The notes: generated by a model from the letters alone, not told the origin. Shown: positions 27,128-40,610, numbered from the stretch's first letter. The stretch: DNA of 64,000 nucleotides from Malacoraja senta (GCA_038087875.1 CM075991.1:4836001-4900000), one strand, 5' to 3'. Translations and numbers: made by a program.

Positions 27128-27457
27128 TATGGAATAGAGGGAGAGGAGGGCAGTGGGGGAGGTGAGGAGGGATAGGAGGGGGGAGTAGGGAGGGGAGAGG
27201 TTATAGAGGGAGGAAGGGAGGGAGTGACTGAGGGTAGGGGAAATGAGAGGGAGAGAGAGGTGAGGGAGGGATTGGGGAGGGGAGGAGGAGAGGGGAATGA
27301 AGAGGGAGGGTGAAGAGGAGGGGGAGAGAGTGCTTGGGATGAGGGGAAATGAGCTGCGCCTGTGCAGTTGGGGGCCATGGGTGAGTGGTGGAATATTGTG
27401 TTGGGGGACTAAGCCTCCTGTGTGACATGGACCCAACGCTTCCCACTTAGTCTGGTG
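27128..27457 (+). mobile_element. GA-rich tract followed by a Helitron-like 3' end
   Basis: Purine-rich minisatellite at 27135-27350, then a degenerate hairpin GGACCCAACG..TCCC and ACTTAGTCTGG|T (CTRR terminus). Confidence 0.35.
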
Positions 27458-28209
27458 ATGAGTTAATGCTGGGTATTTGCAGCATCCAAGAAAGATGAAA
27501 GATTCTCAGTCTGCTATCGCAATAATACAAAGTGAAGCACTTTGGATTGGGAATCAGGAGCAATCATATGGGGAACAAACAGAGAACTGAAGGATATGTG
27601 CAACCCATGTTGAATTAGTTAGTAACTTACTTTGCCTCTAGTTTCCAAACAAATTTGATTGCTCTGAAAAAGCAGCGATGAGCTAAATGTCTAAAGATAT
27701 TTCGAGAAAAAGGCAAATCTTACAGCATTTCTCCCACTAAATGAGTCAAGGTAATGGTAATAAACCTTCCTGAATGAAGGATAATAATGTTTCAGTTCAT
27801 GCCTTTGAATTGAGCTTTGAATTGAGGAAATTTCATCGCCAGCTGTATTGTAATTGATTCAACGGTATGAACTAGCAACAGCTATGCATTAATCAGATCG
27901 GAATATCGTCAGTATTGCAAGTAGGTTGTAAAAAAACAAACTATAATAAATGGAAGAATTAGTTTCATGCACGTAGAAAGTTTGTTGACTGGTTTCCATC
28001 ACAATAAATGTCTCAATTTCTTTGATGGTGTTTGCATTGTTGAGAATAAAATTTAACTGAAGCAGTTTATGTTCCTGTGATACTCCTCAAGCAGATAAAG
28101 ATGTCTAAGGAATTATTAAATGGAATTACGATTGTGGACTCCTGGCTGAAAATCAAACAATAAAGCCAAAGAGGAATGTTTTGCTGATTTTGTTTGCAAG
28201 CTGAAGAGG

Positions 28210-28699
28210 TAGACACAAAATGCTGGAGTAACTCAGCGGGACAGGCCTCATCTCTGGAGAGAAGGAATGGATGACGTTTCGGGTCGAGACCCTTCAGACT
28301 GATGTCAGGGGAGTGGACGGGGCAGAGATAGAATGTAGTCAGAGACAGTAAGACTGGTGGGAAAACTGGGTTTGTGGGAGGGGATGAAAAGAGAGGGAAA
28401 GCAAGGGTATGTGAAGTTAGAGAAGTCAATGTTCATATCACTGGGGTGTAAGCTACCCAAGCAAAATATGAGGTGCTGTTTCTCCAATTTGCGCTGGGCC
28501 TCACTCTGACAATGGAGGAGGCCCAGGACAGAAAGGTCAGATTGGGAATGGGAGGGGGAGTTAAAGTGCTGAGCCACCGGGAGATCAGGTAGGTTTAAGG
28601 CGGACTGAGTGGAGGTGTTTAGCGAAACGATCGCCGAGCCTGCACTTGGTCTTGCCGATATACAGGAGTTGAAACCTGGAACAGATGAGGTTGGAGATT
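28210..28699 (-). mobile_element. Penelope-like element 3' end (GIY-YIG C-terminus + pseudo-LTR)
   Basis: ORF 28305..28577 VAQHFNSPSHS.SDLSVLGLLHCQSEAQRKLE.QHLIF.LGSL.P..MNIDF; near-perfect 9 bp flanking repeat CTGA(A/G)GAGG. Confidence 0.85.
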
Positions 28700-28899
28700 C
28701 TGAGGAGGGATTTGCAGTGAGAAAGGACTATAATTTAAAAATTAGAGCTTGGCTATGAAACTTGGTTATGAAGCTGGCCTGAGACTACGTAAGAGTACAG
28801 TTTCTCTGTGTGGTAATTTATTAGTCTGAGTTAATCTCAAAACCAAGCTGTTCATTGAGTAATCTGATGGTTCAGCAGATCTACGATTGAACTATTCAT

Positions 28900-30193
28900 A
28901 TGATGCATATTATCTCCTGCCTTAGTAAAGATCTGGATCTACTACAATTCACTTACTGGCACAACAGATCAACAATTTATGTGATCTCGCTGGCTTTCCA
29001 CTCTGCATTGTACACTTGGACAACAAGAAGACATGTGTCAGGCTGTTGTTCATTTACCACAGCTCAGCGTTCAACTCCATCATCCTCTCCACTTATATGA
29101 TCCAACTTAGAGGACTAGGTCGCTGGTCAACCCCTACGTAATTGGATCCTCGACTTAATCAGCGGCAAATCACAATCAGTATGTGATGGCAAAACTTCCA
29201 CCTTGATAATCATCAAGAACAGTTGAACCTAAGGTTTGCGTGATCAGTTGTCTGCTCTCCTCACTCAGTACCCATGACTGTGTAGCTAGACTTGACTCCA
29301 ATGCCATCTTTAAATTCACAGATGATACCAGCTTTGCTGGACGAATAATTAATAAGGATGAATCAGAGTACAGGAAGGAGGTGGAAAATCTAATTGAATG
29401 GTGCCAGAACACCAATCTCACTCCCAACGTTAGCAAGACCAAGGAGCTGATTGTTAACGAGTAGGGGAAAACTGAGGATCCACGAACCTGTATTAACTGA
29501 TGGGATAGCGGTGGAGAGGTTTCTGGATGTACATATTTCTGAAGATCTGTCCTGGGCTCAGCACATCAATGCAATTACACAGAAAGCTTAACAATGCCTT
29601 CACTTCCCTCAAAGTTTGAGGAGATTGGATATGTTGACGAATATGTTATCAAACATCTACAGGTATACAGTAAAGAGCATACGTTGCTTCAAGGCCTGGT
29701 TTGGCATCTCGAAAGCCCAGGAACGAAAGAGACTACAGAGAGTGGTTGACGTTTATCTGGTTCATCACAAGTACAGCCCAAAAGGGATCAGTACTTGCAC
29801 TAAAAAGCAGCCAATATCATCAAAGACCCACACCACCTTGGGCATACTCTCATTTCACTACTACCATCGGGGGAAAGGTACAGACGCCGGAAAACATGAC
29901 CACTAAGTTCAACAATATCTTCCCACCATCCATTAGTCTCTTGAACATTACACAACACTAACCTTAGCAGCTGTGATCTTCTATGGACTCTGTCTGGTTG
30001 CACTAAGGATTTTAGTTATGCACTATTGTAATTATCTAGTATTATGGTTAATAATTTATTGTATTATTTATTATTGTATATTTGCCTGTGTGTTACTGCA
30101 TTTACAAGCCTGTTAAGCTGCAGCAAGTAATAATTTTATTTTTCCATTGCCAAAACCTATGACAATTAAATACTCGGTTCTCTTGACTCTTGA
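28900..30193 (+). mobile_element. Degraded Rex1/Babar LINE (RT + 3' UTR)
   Basis: DLDLLQFTY.HNRST, THDCVARLDSNAIFKFTDDT and NVSKTKELIV; ends in ctcttgactcttga. Confidence 0.8.
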
Positions 30194-31716
30194 TAGTGCA
30201 CATGGATTAGCACTTGTCATTCCAAACATTGCACATAACATTTTGGATTCAGTTGAATATTTATTTGCAGGCCCATCGCCATTAACTAATACCAAACTTC
30301 TGTAGGTGCTAATACAAAATATAGTTGTGCTATGCTATTTGTGATTTAAGCAAGGTTTTCATTAACAGCAAATGACTGCTGCTGAAAATTAGCAAATAAA
30401 GTCAGCCAAAAAACGAGCATTAAATGTGAGAAAACAACACAAAGAGTAGGATCAGTACGAAGAGAAAGATAACATGCACCGTGGAATGAATCAAGATACA
30501 ATAAAGAGAGTGAAAGGCATTGTCAGATTACAGTTTTAATTTTTGTACCAAATACTTAATACCTCTGTCCATGGCAGTCTCGATACAGCAGCATAAAAGG
30601 CTGTTTGGGAGGTGATGGACAAAGTGTAGCGGGATGGGATGAAAGATAATGTACCCACATACCATCCAGCCTTCCAACAATCTCCCTTGTAGGTTGAATC
30701 CTGTATCATGAATGGACCCATGCCATAATGCATTAAGGACTCTTAATTACCACAGAGATCCAGTGCATCTGAATGGTGTATGATTATGCTCCTTGCAGTA
30801 TACAGGTGTCATGGGGAGAGGGGAGAAGGGAGAAGGCAGGAGAATGCGGTTGAGAGGGAAAGATAGGTCAGCCATGATTGAATGGCAGAGTAGACTTGAC
30901 GAGCCGGATGGCCTAATTCTGCTCCTAGAACTTATGACCTTATGCTCCAAATTCTGTTGGTAAGGCAGAGACATACCATCACATGTACAAAGACAAATAG
31001 TGCCCAAAAGTTCCAGGTTCACTTCCCTGATGGATGGCAAATGGCAAATGGTGCAAATATCTCCAATTTCTACACAATCATCTCGTTTGTGGTTGCTCGA
31101 AGGGAGTTTCAGAATGGAATATCTGATTGATCTGCATACTGCGATAGCATCACAAGTTAAACATGTATGCACTAAAGACTCATCATTCTTTTTTTCATTC
31201 TGTCATCATAACCTATATGCTGTTTCTCGTACGGTTGAATACACAAAGAGGAATTTAGTGGGGTTGAATACTGTGCTGTAATTAATCACTTGTACCTTTA
31301 TACATTACCCATAGAACTCCTGGCCAAAATTTTACTTTATTTTACTGTCTTGGAAGTTTTGTCTATTTTACTCTGTGTTAATTAGGGGTCCATAGTGGGG
31401 TGATGGAGTTCTGAAAGCAGCAAGTTTAAACAGACTGGTGGTATTTTCTGTAAGGTTCCCACTGATCTTAAAGATCGAAAGGAATCCAAGCAAGCCAAGA
31501 TTTCTTGAGTGTAAACAAATGAAAATTAAGGGGAACAAGTGGAGATATTAGGGCTTTCTTTTCCCCCATCCTACACTCTCAATATCATGGGAAACAAAGC
31601 TTGAATTTCCCCATAACTATACTCTCACAAAAGGTCATTTTCTTTCCCATGTGTCCTGTATTTTGGTGTACAATCCCTGTTAGGCAATATAAACACATTT
31701 ATTTGATTAATGGATA

Positions 31717-32149
31717 GTAGTAGGCCCCTCTTGGTCATGACTGACCATGGGTGATGCATCCTGGTCGGATGCAAGCCTGGGCGATTTCACATGGAGGACA
31801 GGCTGTTGCCCATGCAGCATGTCCCCCCCCTCCACGTCGCTGATCAATCCAATGGAACAGCAGGGCCATTACAGTTTGGCACCAGCGCCGTCGCAGGAGC
31901 TGCCAGAGCAAGGTTGTAGACAACGACGAACTGCCTTAGGGGCTCCGACTCCGGATTTTCTTGAGGTTTACTCCTGGAGCCTTTTCCATGACTGGATATG
32001 GCCACAAGGAAGTGGAGGTTTTAAATCAGAGTTTTCCCTCTCCTGGATGGACTGCCTTCCCAGGCTGACGAGCCCCATCTGCCCGAGACTTGTGGGGGCT
32101 TGAGCGTCTACCTTCCCGTGCAGGTCTATAGCACCTGCCCACTGCCCAA
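31717..32149 (-). mobile_element. 433 bp non-autonomous RTE-derived element (5' UTR joined to 3' tip) with an 11 bp TSD
   Basis: TSD ATTAATGGATA at 31706-31716 and 32150-32160. The minus strand has the RTE 5' UTR-like GGCAGTCCATCCAGGAGAGGGAAAACTCTGATTTAAAACC and a short (CTA)n tail. Confidence 0.72.
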
Positions 32150-32341
32150 ATTAATGGATAAGAATCTTGTATTCCTCCATTTTTCCAACCACCACCCCCT
32201 CCCTGAGCACAACTTTTGAAGAAGCTTGTGTGACTCATGAAGATCATTAATGATTACCTCCAAGCGTAGACACAGGCTTATCATTACCATTTATCTGTGT
32301 GATGTTGGGATGTCTTATTATTTTAACTCTTTACAACAAGT

Positions 32342-32602
32342 GGGTGGCACAGTGGCAGAGCGGTAGAGTACAGCGCCAGAGACCGGGTTCGATCTTGACT
32401 TTGGGGTGCTGTCTGTACGGAGTTTGTATGTTCTCCCTGTGATCATGTGGGTTTTCTCCGGGTACTCCGATTTCCTCCTACACTCCAAAGACATGCAGGC
32501 TTGTAGGTTAATTGGCTGCTGTAAGTTGCCGTTAGTGTGTAGGATAACATAGAACTAGTGCTCGGGTGATCGTTAGTCGGCGTGGACTCAGTTTCCACGC
32601 TG
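32342..32602 (+). mobile_element. HE1-like SINE
   Basis: GGGTGGCACAGTGGCAGAGCGGTAGAG (A box), GGTTCGATC (B box) and V-domain. Confidence 0.85.
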
Positions 32603-34056
32603 AGATGTGTTTTTCAACAAAATTGTTTTACTTTTGGGTTTAATCTGTGAGAAGAACAGAATCCCTTGCTAGGCCCGTGCTTGAGTACGTCACCACCGGA
32701 TTTGGGGAAAGCAGATATATGAACAGTAGCATCAGAGGGAAAGTCAACAGCCTTTAAATTCTTTACCCATTTACAGTATTTGTTCTTTAACAATTTGTAA
32801 TTTTTGTATTAGAATAGTTTGTTTTCGATACTGGTGCATTGCTTAAGTTCCCTGACAAGCAGTTCAGTAGGCCTAGATTATAGAGCCTCTTATCTGAGTT
32901 CAGATTCTAACATGGCAGTTGGCAGAAATTTTATTTTTAAGTTAGTCGTTGGTAATGAGGAGCACACAACAAGTGGGTTGTCATAAAAAACCTATCTGAG
33001 TCCGTAATATCCTTCAGGGAAGAAAATCCGTTAACCTAACATGATCTTACCATTAAGTGACTGTAGGCCTATTGATGTGATTAAATGCCCTCTCAAATGG
33101 CCTCATAACCTTTAGCCATGCCTGTGAGGCTGAAAAACAAGGATTTTTTAAAAAGTTGTTTGGTTAAAGTAACTGTAAATGATCACTACAAAAATTACTC
33201 TGCATGACAACATGAAATGAAACCTATCTGGATCATTTATCAATGCAGAAATGCCTTCGCCAGCAGAGTCTATTCAAAAGTGATTAATATATAACAAGAT
33301 TTTGCACTTGCTTTGATCAAACTAACACTGATTTGGTGTTCCAATGTTCAGGGATGTGCGAGTGTAAATTTTCAAATGTGGGGTTAATGCATGGAAATGT
33401 TGCTGAGGTAACTTAATCAGACATGTTCTTATTGAATGGTGGAGCAGACAGGAGGGGTCAAAAGGCGTCCTACTGCTTCTATTTATACATTCTTACGTTT
33501 CATACTTCATAAACTGTTTCCTCTGGAAATGCTTTTTAGACGAGATTCAGGAAATTGATACTGCAGAAGAATAAACCGACATAGAAAAGAATTCCATCAT
33601 GAGACTGATACTACTGGTCATCAGCGTATGACCAGGGGGAGCTAGAAAGTAAACAAAAAGGCTGGTTCATGAATGAAGTATCAGATATTAGAGCTCTCGG
33701 GTATTTTGGTGATCACATTATTCGTTTCGAGAATATGTTCTGGTACAAAATGACCAGCTGGGCCATCCATCATGTTTATCACATCTGAGACAATGTAACT
33801 AGTAAAATTGGACACTTCTGCGTGATACTCACTCAACTGTGCACCCTTCAAGGGCTAACAATTTGATTTCACAACTCCCCAAAAAAGACATTCTATTTGA
33901 AAATTGATTTCACAAAAATGGCAATTTTGCACAGCTTATGGATATCGTGCTTTCCACTCCTAATTTCTAGGTGGAATATTCATTCTCCCAGGCACCTTCA
34001 TGCCGGATTACAACATTATTAAATGATGTAGTTAGCAGCCAAATATAAAAATTCTT

Positions 34057-34380
34057 CTGGTGAGGCAGCATCTATGGAGCGAAGAAAATAGGCGACGTTT
34101 CGCGTCTGAAGAAGGGTCTCGACCCGAAACGTCGCCTATTTCCTACGCTCCATAGATGCTGCCTCACCCGGTGAGTTTCTCCAGCATTTTTGTCTACCTT
34201 CTTGCCTGAGATTATCTGTTGTCATCCCCGGTTTGTCCTGTTTTTTTTTTCCTTCGCTTCCAGTTCCCGCATCCCCCACTACAATCAGTCTGAAGAAGAC
34301 TCCCAACCCAAAATGTCACCTCTCCGTTTTCTCTAGAGATGCTGCCTGACCCGCTGGGTCACTCAGCATTTTGTGTCTAC
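34057..34380. mobile_element. Two adjacent Penelope-derived elements containing the best-preserved hammerhead core
   Basis: CTGAAGA-A-GGGTC-TC-GACCC-GAAA-CG-TC at 34106-34133 inside a palindrome; a second degenerate unit lies at ~34285-34380. Confidence 0.78.
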
Positions 34381-34859
34381 TTCTTAAAAATGACATGTTG
34401 CATTTGCCCGCGGAACAACCAAGTTTTATGAACCTAATTTTCTCTGAAACACGTGCTGTTTGAAGGACCAATTCTCATATAGCATCCCTTTGTCCTTCTT
34501 GAGATCTATGATGTACAACTTCATATTCAACCTCAGACTGTTTTGCCCAGGACGTCAGGTCACAGCAGTTCCCAGCATTCCAGCCTTAGGATCATTCCAG
34601 GTTACTGATGCTGCTCTCTGCATCATCTCCCAGTTCTTTTCTTACTACCACATCTGAGAGGTTTCCCCAATGTTCATACTGAGGGAGAGAAGATTTCAAA
34701 TTAAAGATAAGAAATGCTGAAGTTACTCGGGTCAGACAATATCTCTGGAGAACATGGATAGACAACGTTTTGAGTCGGGACCCTTCTTCAACACAATTTT
34801 ACTTTCAGTCCCTCAGGAGCAGGTATAGTGGGTATAGGTAGGCATTCATGGATTATATT

Positions 34860-35005
34860 CATATCCTTGTGGAGATTTCCCTGGGAGCTTCCTGCCCAAT
34901 GCATCTGGTCTCCAGTTGTGGAGGCTTTCTGCGGCCACTGTGCACAAAGAACATACAGTAATCTCAGGCATTGTCTTTCACCAATGTCCAGTTCTCCCTG
35001 ACACC
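34860..35005 (-). pseudogene. Relic Myb/SANT-like DNA-binding gene (Harbinger partner protein)
   Basis: EL..LVKD.A.DY.MFF.HSGRRKPPQLETR...QEA.REIS resembles the EL..LV..V......LFG......R..W.EIA..V pattern. Confidence 0.4.
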
Positions 35006-35189
35006 TTGAGATCACTACATCTAGCCCATTTCAACAGCTGCAATGTTCAGGTTCTGGTTCTCCTTCTGGTTCTCCCTCAGCAGTACTGTTGCAATAAGCT
35101 ATCAAAAGCCATGAAATCCAGCCCTTTCTTAATTTAATAAACACAAAACAGCTTAATAGTTTACTGCAATAGATTACCTTTCTTTCTTA

Positions 35190-36200
35190 CATTTCACACA
35201 GAAGATGGGATATGGAATGAGCTGCCAGAGGAAGTGGTTGAGGCAGGTACAATAACAGCATTTAAAAGACATTTGAACAGGTACACGGATAGGAAAGTCT
35301 TAAAGGGATGTGGGTCAAATGCAGGCAAATGGCACTAATTTATATGGTCAGATCGCAGGGACGAGTTGTGTTGAGGGTCTATTTCCCAGCAGTATGACTG
35401 ACGCTAATTTCAATTTAACAACTTTCAGGCATGCTTTTTCCATAAATTCTACATAAAAATATAATTATTTTAAGCAGTTGTTTTAAGATGGAATTTGTAA
35501 CCTTTTACTGATAATTGTTGAGTAGATTTCTTTCTATTTGAAAAGTTGGATGAAAATAAATTAAATCTCAGAATTGCTGGGAATCAGGAATAAAAGTAGT
35601 ATTCTTCAGCAGTATGTGGGGGGGAAAAAGGACATACCTGTTAAGTGGGATTTTCTTCAGAACTGCTGTGTGTTTTGACCATCTCTACTCAAGGATGTCT
35701 TGGGCCCTATATCTGAGGAAGGGAGTGCTGGTGTTGGAGAGGGTCCAGAGAAGCTTTACGAGAATGATCCGGGAATGATCGGTTTAACGTATGATGAGCT
35801 TTTGATGACACTGGGCCTGTACTCGCTGGAGTTTAGAAGGAGGAGAAGGGGAAACTTACCGAATAGTGAAAAGCCTGCCTAGAGTGGGTGTGGAGAGGAT
35901 GTTTCCACTAGTGGGAGAGTTAAGGACTATAGGGTCAGTCTCAGAATAAAAGGACGTACTTATAGAAAGGAGATGAGGAGGAATTGCGTTAGTCAGAAGG
36001 TGATGAATCTGTGAAATTCATTTACACAGACAGCTTTTAAAGAGGAGATTGACAGATTCTTGATTAGTAAGGGTGTCCAGGGTTATGGGGAGAAGGCAGG
36101 AGAATGAGTTTGAGAGGGAGAGATAGATCAGCCATGATTGAATGGCGGCATAGACTTGATGGGCCGAAATATCTAATTCTGCTCTTATGAACTTATGAAC
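35190..36200 (+). mobile_element. Two CR1 3' fragments (~35190-35400 and ~35695-36200)
   Basis: WNELPEEVVEAGT..FK; LERVQR.F..MIPGM.GL.Y.E.L..LGLYSLEFRR; tail cttatgaacttatgaac. Confidence 0.75.
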
Positions 36201-37149
36201 ATCACTTACACAGACGTTACATGTGATAAATTGTTTGGTTGCCTGCATTAAGCAATGGAACTAAACGTGCAGAGGTGAGCACAGCCGGCCGTAATGATAG
36301 TGAGCAAGATGAATATCTCGCCCAAATACACAATTGCAAACCACTAGCACATCTGCCAACACAAATTACAATTTTCATTTTTCACTCTTCAAGTGATGTT
36401 TTAATAATTTGAACTGTGCTGAGACTTATGTGAAAATGAGTAGTTTGAATTGTCTGTTCTGTGCTGTAAATTCTACTGACTTCTCTTTAATATTCCAAGT
36501 GTTAACATTGATTCCACAGCTGCCTTGACCCAAATTTACAGAAAAAACAATCCAATATCTGGTCGAGTCTAAACCACAGTCAAATTGGCTATAAATCACA
36601 TCGATATAAATTAAGCAATTTTGCTTTGATTGTTTTGTCGACAAATTGTTGCATTGTTACTGCTTTATCTGCTGACCAGAAACCACACATTGATTTTGAC
36701 ATCTGCATTTATCTCGCTGAGAGCTCATGGTCTGTTGCACAGTAATTCAGTTGAAATTAAATTGAAAATAATATCTGTAACAAAGCCAATAACAATAGTA
36801 AATAACCATATGGGATGTCTGCAGCAGTTCATCGCCCTTTGGGAATAATCCAATTGCTATCTAGTTTCTCCATCTGAGAAACGAGTAACATCACGAGTGT
36901 GTTTTATTTCATAGAAACATCTGCCGGAAGAATATTTTAATCGTACCCAGTGCCCAGCTGAAATGGTTTCAAAAGCAGCTATTGCAACATTAACTTTTAT
37001 TGATCCACCATTTCTGTAGGGGTTTTATTTTCATGCAGAATCACGATATGGGAATTTCAAAAATGAACATCCTTTTAATTTATTATGTGTACAGTTCAAG
37101 GTATGAAGCAGCAATGCTAGGAGAGGGAAGAGATCTGCCTTGCATTTTT

Positions 37150-37680
37150 TGGGGGAAGAAATAATGACAGGAAATTTGAGGAAGGACATTCTTGCTATTG
37201 AGGGAGTGCAGCGTAGATTCACAAAGTTAAGTCCCGGGATGGCGGGACTGTCATATGCTGAAAGAAAGGACTGCGACTGGGCTTGTATTCACTGGAATTT
37301 AGAAGGATGAGAGGGGATCTTATAGAAACATATAAAATTATTAAGGGATTGAACACGTTAGATGCAGGAAACATGTTCCCGATGTCGGGGATGTCCAGAA
37401 CCAGGGGGCCACAGTTTAAGAATAAGGGATAGGCCATTTAGAACTGAGATGAGGAAAAACATTTTCATTCAGAGGGTTGTGAATTCGTGGAATTCTCTGC
37501 CTCAGAAGGCAGTGGAGGCCGATTCACTGGATGCATTCAAAAGAGAGTTAGATAGAGCTCTTAGGGCTAGCGGAATCAAGGGATATGGGGAGAAGGCAGG
37601 AATGGGGTACAGATTGTGGATGATCCGCCATGATCACATTGAATGGCGGTGCTGGCTCGAAGGGCCTACTGCACCTATAG
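37150..37680 (+). mobile_element. CR1 LINE 3' end
   Basis: LRKDILAIEGVQRRFT...GHSLRIR.RPFRTEMRKN.F.QRVVN.WNSLPQKAVEA.SL..FK.ELD. Confidence 0.85.
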
Positions 37681-38589
37681 GGAGTTTACACGGCAGTCGG
37701 GTCGACCTGTACTGTTGCCAGACTGGGACCAGACTGCCCCAACTGCTGCAGCTGACAGGGATGTTGCCAGGTGGTCGGGGGTGGTCAGTGGGGGGTGGTC
37801 GGTGGGGGGGGGGTGCTCGGTGGGGGGCTGGGGGGTGGGATGGTCAGGTGTCAAGCACATTGGACATGATTAAGAAAGGGTGTTTCTGAAGATATAAAGA
37901 AACTTTATTCCACTAGGCCTTTGCACCATATACAAGTCCCATCAGCTGTGTGCTGAAATACTCTCTATTTGTCTGATAGAGTGCACCTCCAACACCTTTC
38001 AGGAAAGTAGAAATCACCCAAGACTCAAAATCATTTTGCATGAGATTGCACTTAACAATTGTCATTGTACTGCGATTGAATTAACGGCCTTAATCTTTTG
38101 ATATTTGCAGTTAAGTGCATTAAATAGTCATGCCACCAAAAACCTTTAAAAGTATGATTGGAAATGTAAGTGATAATGATACTGAATTATCATGTAATAA
38201 CTAAGAATATTAAGTTCAGTAAGAAGTGATTGCTGACGTCTTTGGAAGTCATGTTGAGCCTATGATACATGACTTAGAATGAATGGTGGACAGCACGGAA
38301 TCAACAATAGAGACATAGAAATTTGAGCACTTCCCCATATGAAGAATATTTTACCAGCAATTGAACGATGAGGCCCAAAGCTTCCTCAAAATTGGCCCCA
38401 GGCCACATAATAATGAAGGGAGTGAGGAATAGGAACCTGTCAGCACGGTGTAGCAGAACATCTAGCCACCCATATCGGAAGTGTTAGTTAGACTGGGCTG
38501 GGAGGCAGGGGTCCTTGGGAATGGTGGGATTAGTAAATTGACAGTTAGGAGTGGAAGAGTTTGGGGAAGACAAATTAGGCATAAATCAT

Positions 38590-39165
38590 GAGAGGAGTGC
38601 TGCTAATTATTTCATTTAATGAGAAGCAACACTTATCTCAACTACACATTCAGATCATGTACTCTGATGTCAGTGGGGCCTGGTTTCCCTGAGTGTAGCT
38701 CATAATGATACTGGCTGTCTCAGAGAAAATCAGTCATGGACCAGGGGACTTCAAATAGATGCTCAACCCCTTATTTGCATGTTCAAAGAACACCTGCTTC
38801 CTTTCCTAACACGTTGAGCGGTGCACTTACAACGGAAGATGTGCACGTGCTTTAAACTATACATTTTTGGCACCTGAGAGTTCATGGAGCTGCATGGGAC
38901 CATGACTTTGAGACGTGCCAGCCTCAATGATGTGTGCAAACCAGGATCTTCAATTTTAGCAAGAAAACTTGTAAACCGGAAACAAACCAAACCCTCTGGC
39001 TGTTGACCGCAGATGAATTCACTGATGTATAAAAGGCACAAGCATTGGAAGACTCAATCTTCCAATGAGAACAGGACAAGTCAGTAGGGTGAAGGTCTGT
39101 GTTAGCACTTGCAGAGTGCTGGACGTGAATGCTATGTGACATCCGTGAGACCTAAAATGGCCACA
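38590..39165 (-). pseudogene. Relic PIF/Harbinger (DDE_Tnp_4, HARBI1-like) transposase
   Basis: Motifs in the expected order across stops and frameshifts: FRL..LC.VL.TDL.PT, A.AFYTS (cf. AL.FY.SG), HVHI, RKG..SLNMQI (cf. NRKG.HS.N.Q), VHD.F.LRQ (cf. PGS.HDS..LR.S) and (G)DK.....TPL. Confidence 0.6.
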
Positions 39166-39574
39166 TTTGTACAGTGCTGGTGAACCTTCTCAACAATGGT
39201 TCCCCTGGCTACCATTGCTGGAACATTTTAGTTCAATTGATTGACGGAGTCTGGGCAAAAGAATCATTCAGAATCTGTAGCAATGGCTACATACATTGTT
39301 TCCATGGTTACCCACAAATCATATCAATTTTTAACCTTGGTAAAACATTTGAATTGATTTAGAAAAACTGCAGGAGTACAGATGCATATACAGTCCAAAT
39401 CCCCATATTCTGCCATCATCTCCACATTAAAACCTATTGGTACATAAGCCAAGAAATTATTTGCCCTAAAAAAATGTCCTTGACTCACATGCTTCGGAAT
39501 GCTTGTTCTTTGTCTCCCAGTATCGTTGGACAAAGGTTTTCAGCAAGTCTGTGCACATCTCTATGCAACTGACT

Positions 39575-39855
39575 GCATGAAAACCAGAGGACATAGATTT
39601 CAGATGAGAAGGGAAAGATGGGGGGTAACTTTTTTACACAATGGGTGGTGGGTGTCTGGAATGAGCTGCCTGAAAAGGTAGTTGAGGTAGGTGCTATCGC
39701 AACATTTATGAAACATTTAGGCAATACATGGATAAGATAACTTTAGAGGGATATGGACCAAATGCAGGTCGATGGGACTAGTGTAGATTGGACATGTTGG
39801 TCAGTGTGGGCAGGTTGGGCCGAAAGGCCTATTTCCACTCTGTATGACTCTGTGT
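39575..39855 (+). mobile_element. CR1 3' fragment
   Basis: TRGHRF...WNELP..VVE and the tail ctgtatgactct. Confidence 0.75.
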
Positions 39856-40610
39856 CTCTGGCGCTATCTAAATGTATTGTGCCTTAATTTTTCTGCAGCA
39901 ACCAGTTATCTAACCAGTACCACCCATCTTGGTCTTGTGCTAAATAATGTCAGGGCTCCAGCTCTTATAGGAAACTGACCACACATTGTCATTTCTGTTG
40001 TGGAAGTAACCTGGAGCTCTATGGCTGCTTCAGACCTTCAGCCGCTAGGCCGTAAGCCATCAGATCAGAGACACAAACCTGAAAGGTTGAGAGCAGAAGA
40101 GCTACTTTGCACCAAGGGCTCCCAGAGACAGCTCTGTGCGAAAATTAAACAGAGTTGGTAAAATGCCGAAAGAGCAGTAGCTTCCAGGAGTGAGTTGCCA
40201 TGTATTTGATTGCAATGCTGAGAAAATCCCATAGTCTGACTCATTAGATCCAGCAAAAGTGTTTGCATCCAAAAGTACCTTCTGATGGAACCAACACTAC
40301 AATATTTACACATCCATACATTTCAGTTTTTGTTGGTCATCTAGAGTAATTGGGGAGAAGCGTCTTCCAGCACAGGAGGGGTGTTGGAAATAATAATCAT
40401 CAGTACTTCAGAATCAATGAACCCTGGAAAGCCTCAATTCAAAGCAGACAGAACACATTTTGTTAATTTTTCGTTTATAAGATCCTTCCCTTGTTTTATT
40501 AACTCTTTGGAAACACCCTTCTTAATCGTGCCATTACCATGGTGAGTAAGGCGGGGAAAACACTATCATTGTGCTTGACAGCTCCACATTCCAGTTTAGA
40601 CGTTGGCACC

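Noticed and set aside
26930..27446. 168 aa Pro/Ser/Leu-rich ORF and overlapping ORFs
   Set aside because: Translation of a low-complexity GA tract.
32342..32420. tRNA-like A and B boxes (also in the other HE1-like copies)
   Set aside because: They are SINE heads followed by the V-domain, with no complete cloverleaf.
37770..37840. G-run cluster with G-quadruplex potential (also 16553-16582 and 18232-18251)
   Set aside because: Simple G-run expansions in or near repeats, with no evidence of function.
39860..40060. Minus-strand YLAQDQDGWYWLDNW suggestive of a viral envelope or fusion protein
   Set aside because: Single short resemblance in a frame with many stops, and not supported by neighbouring motifs.
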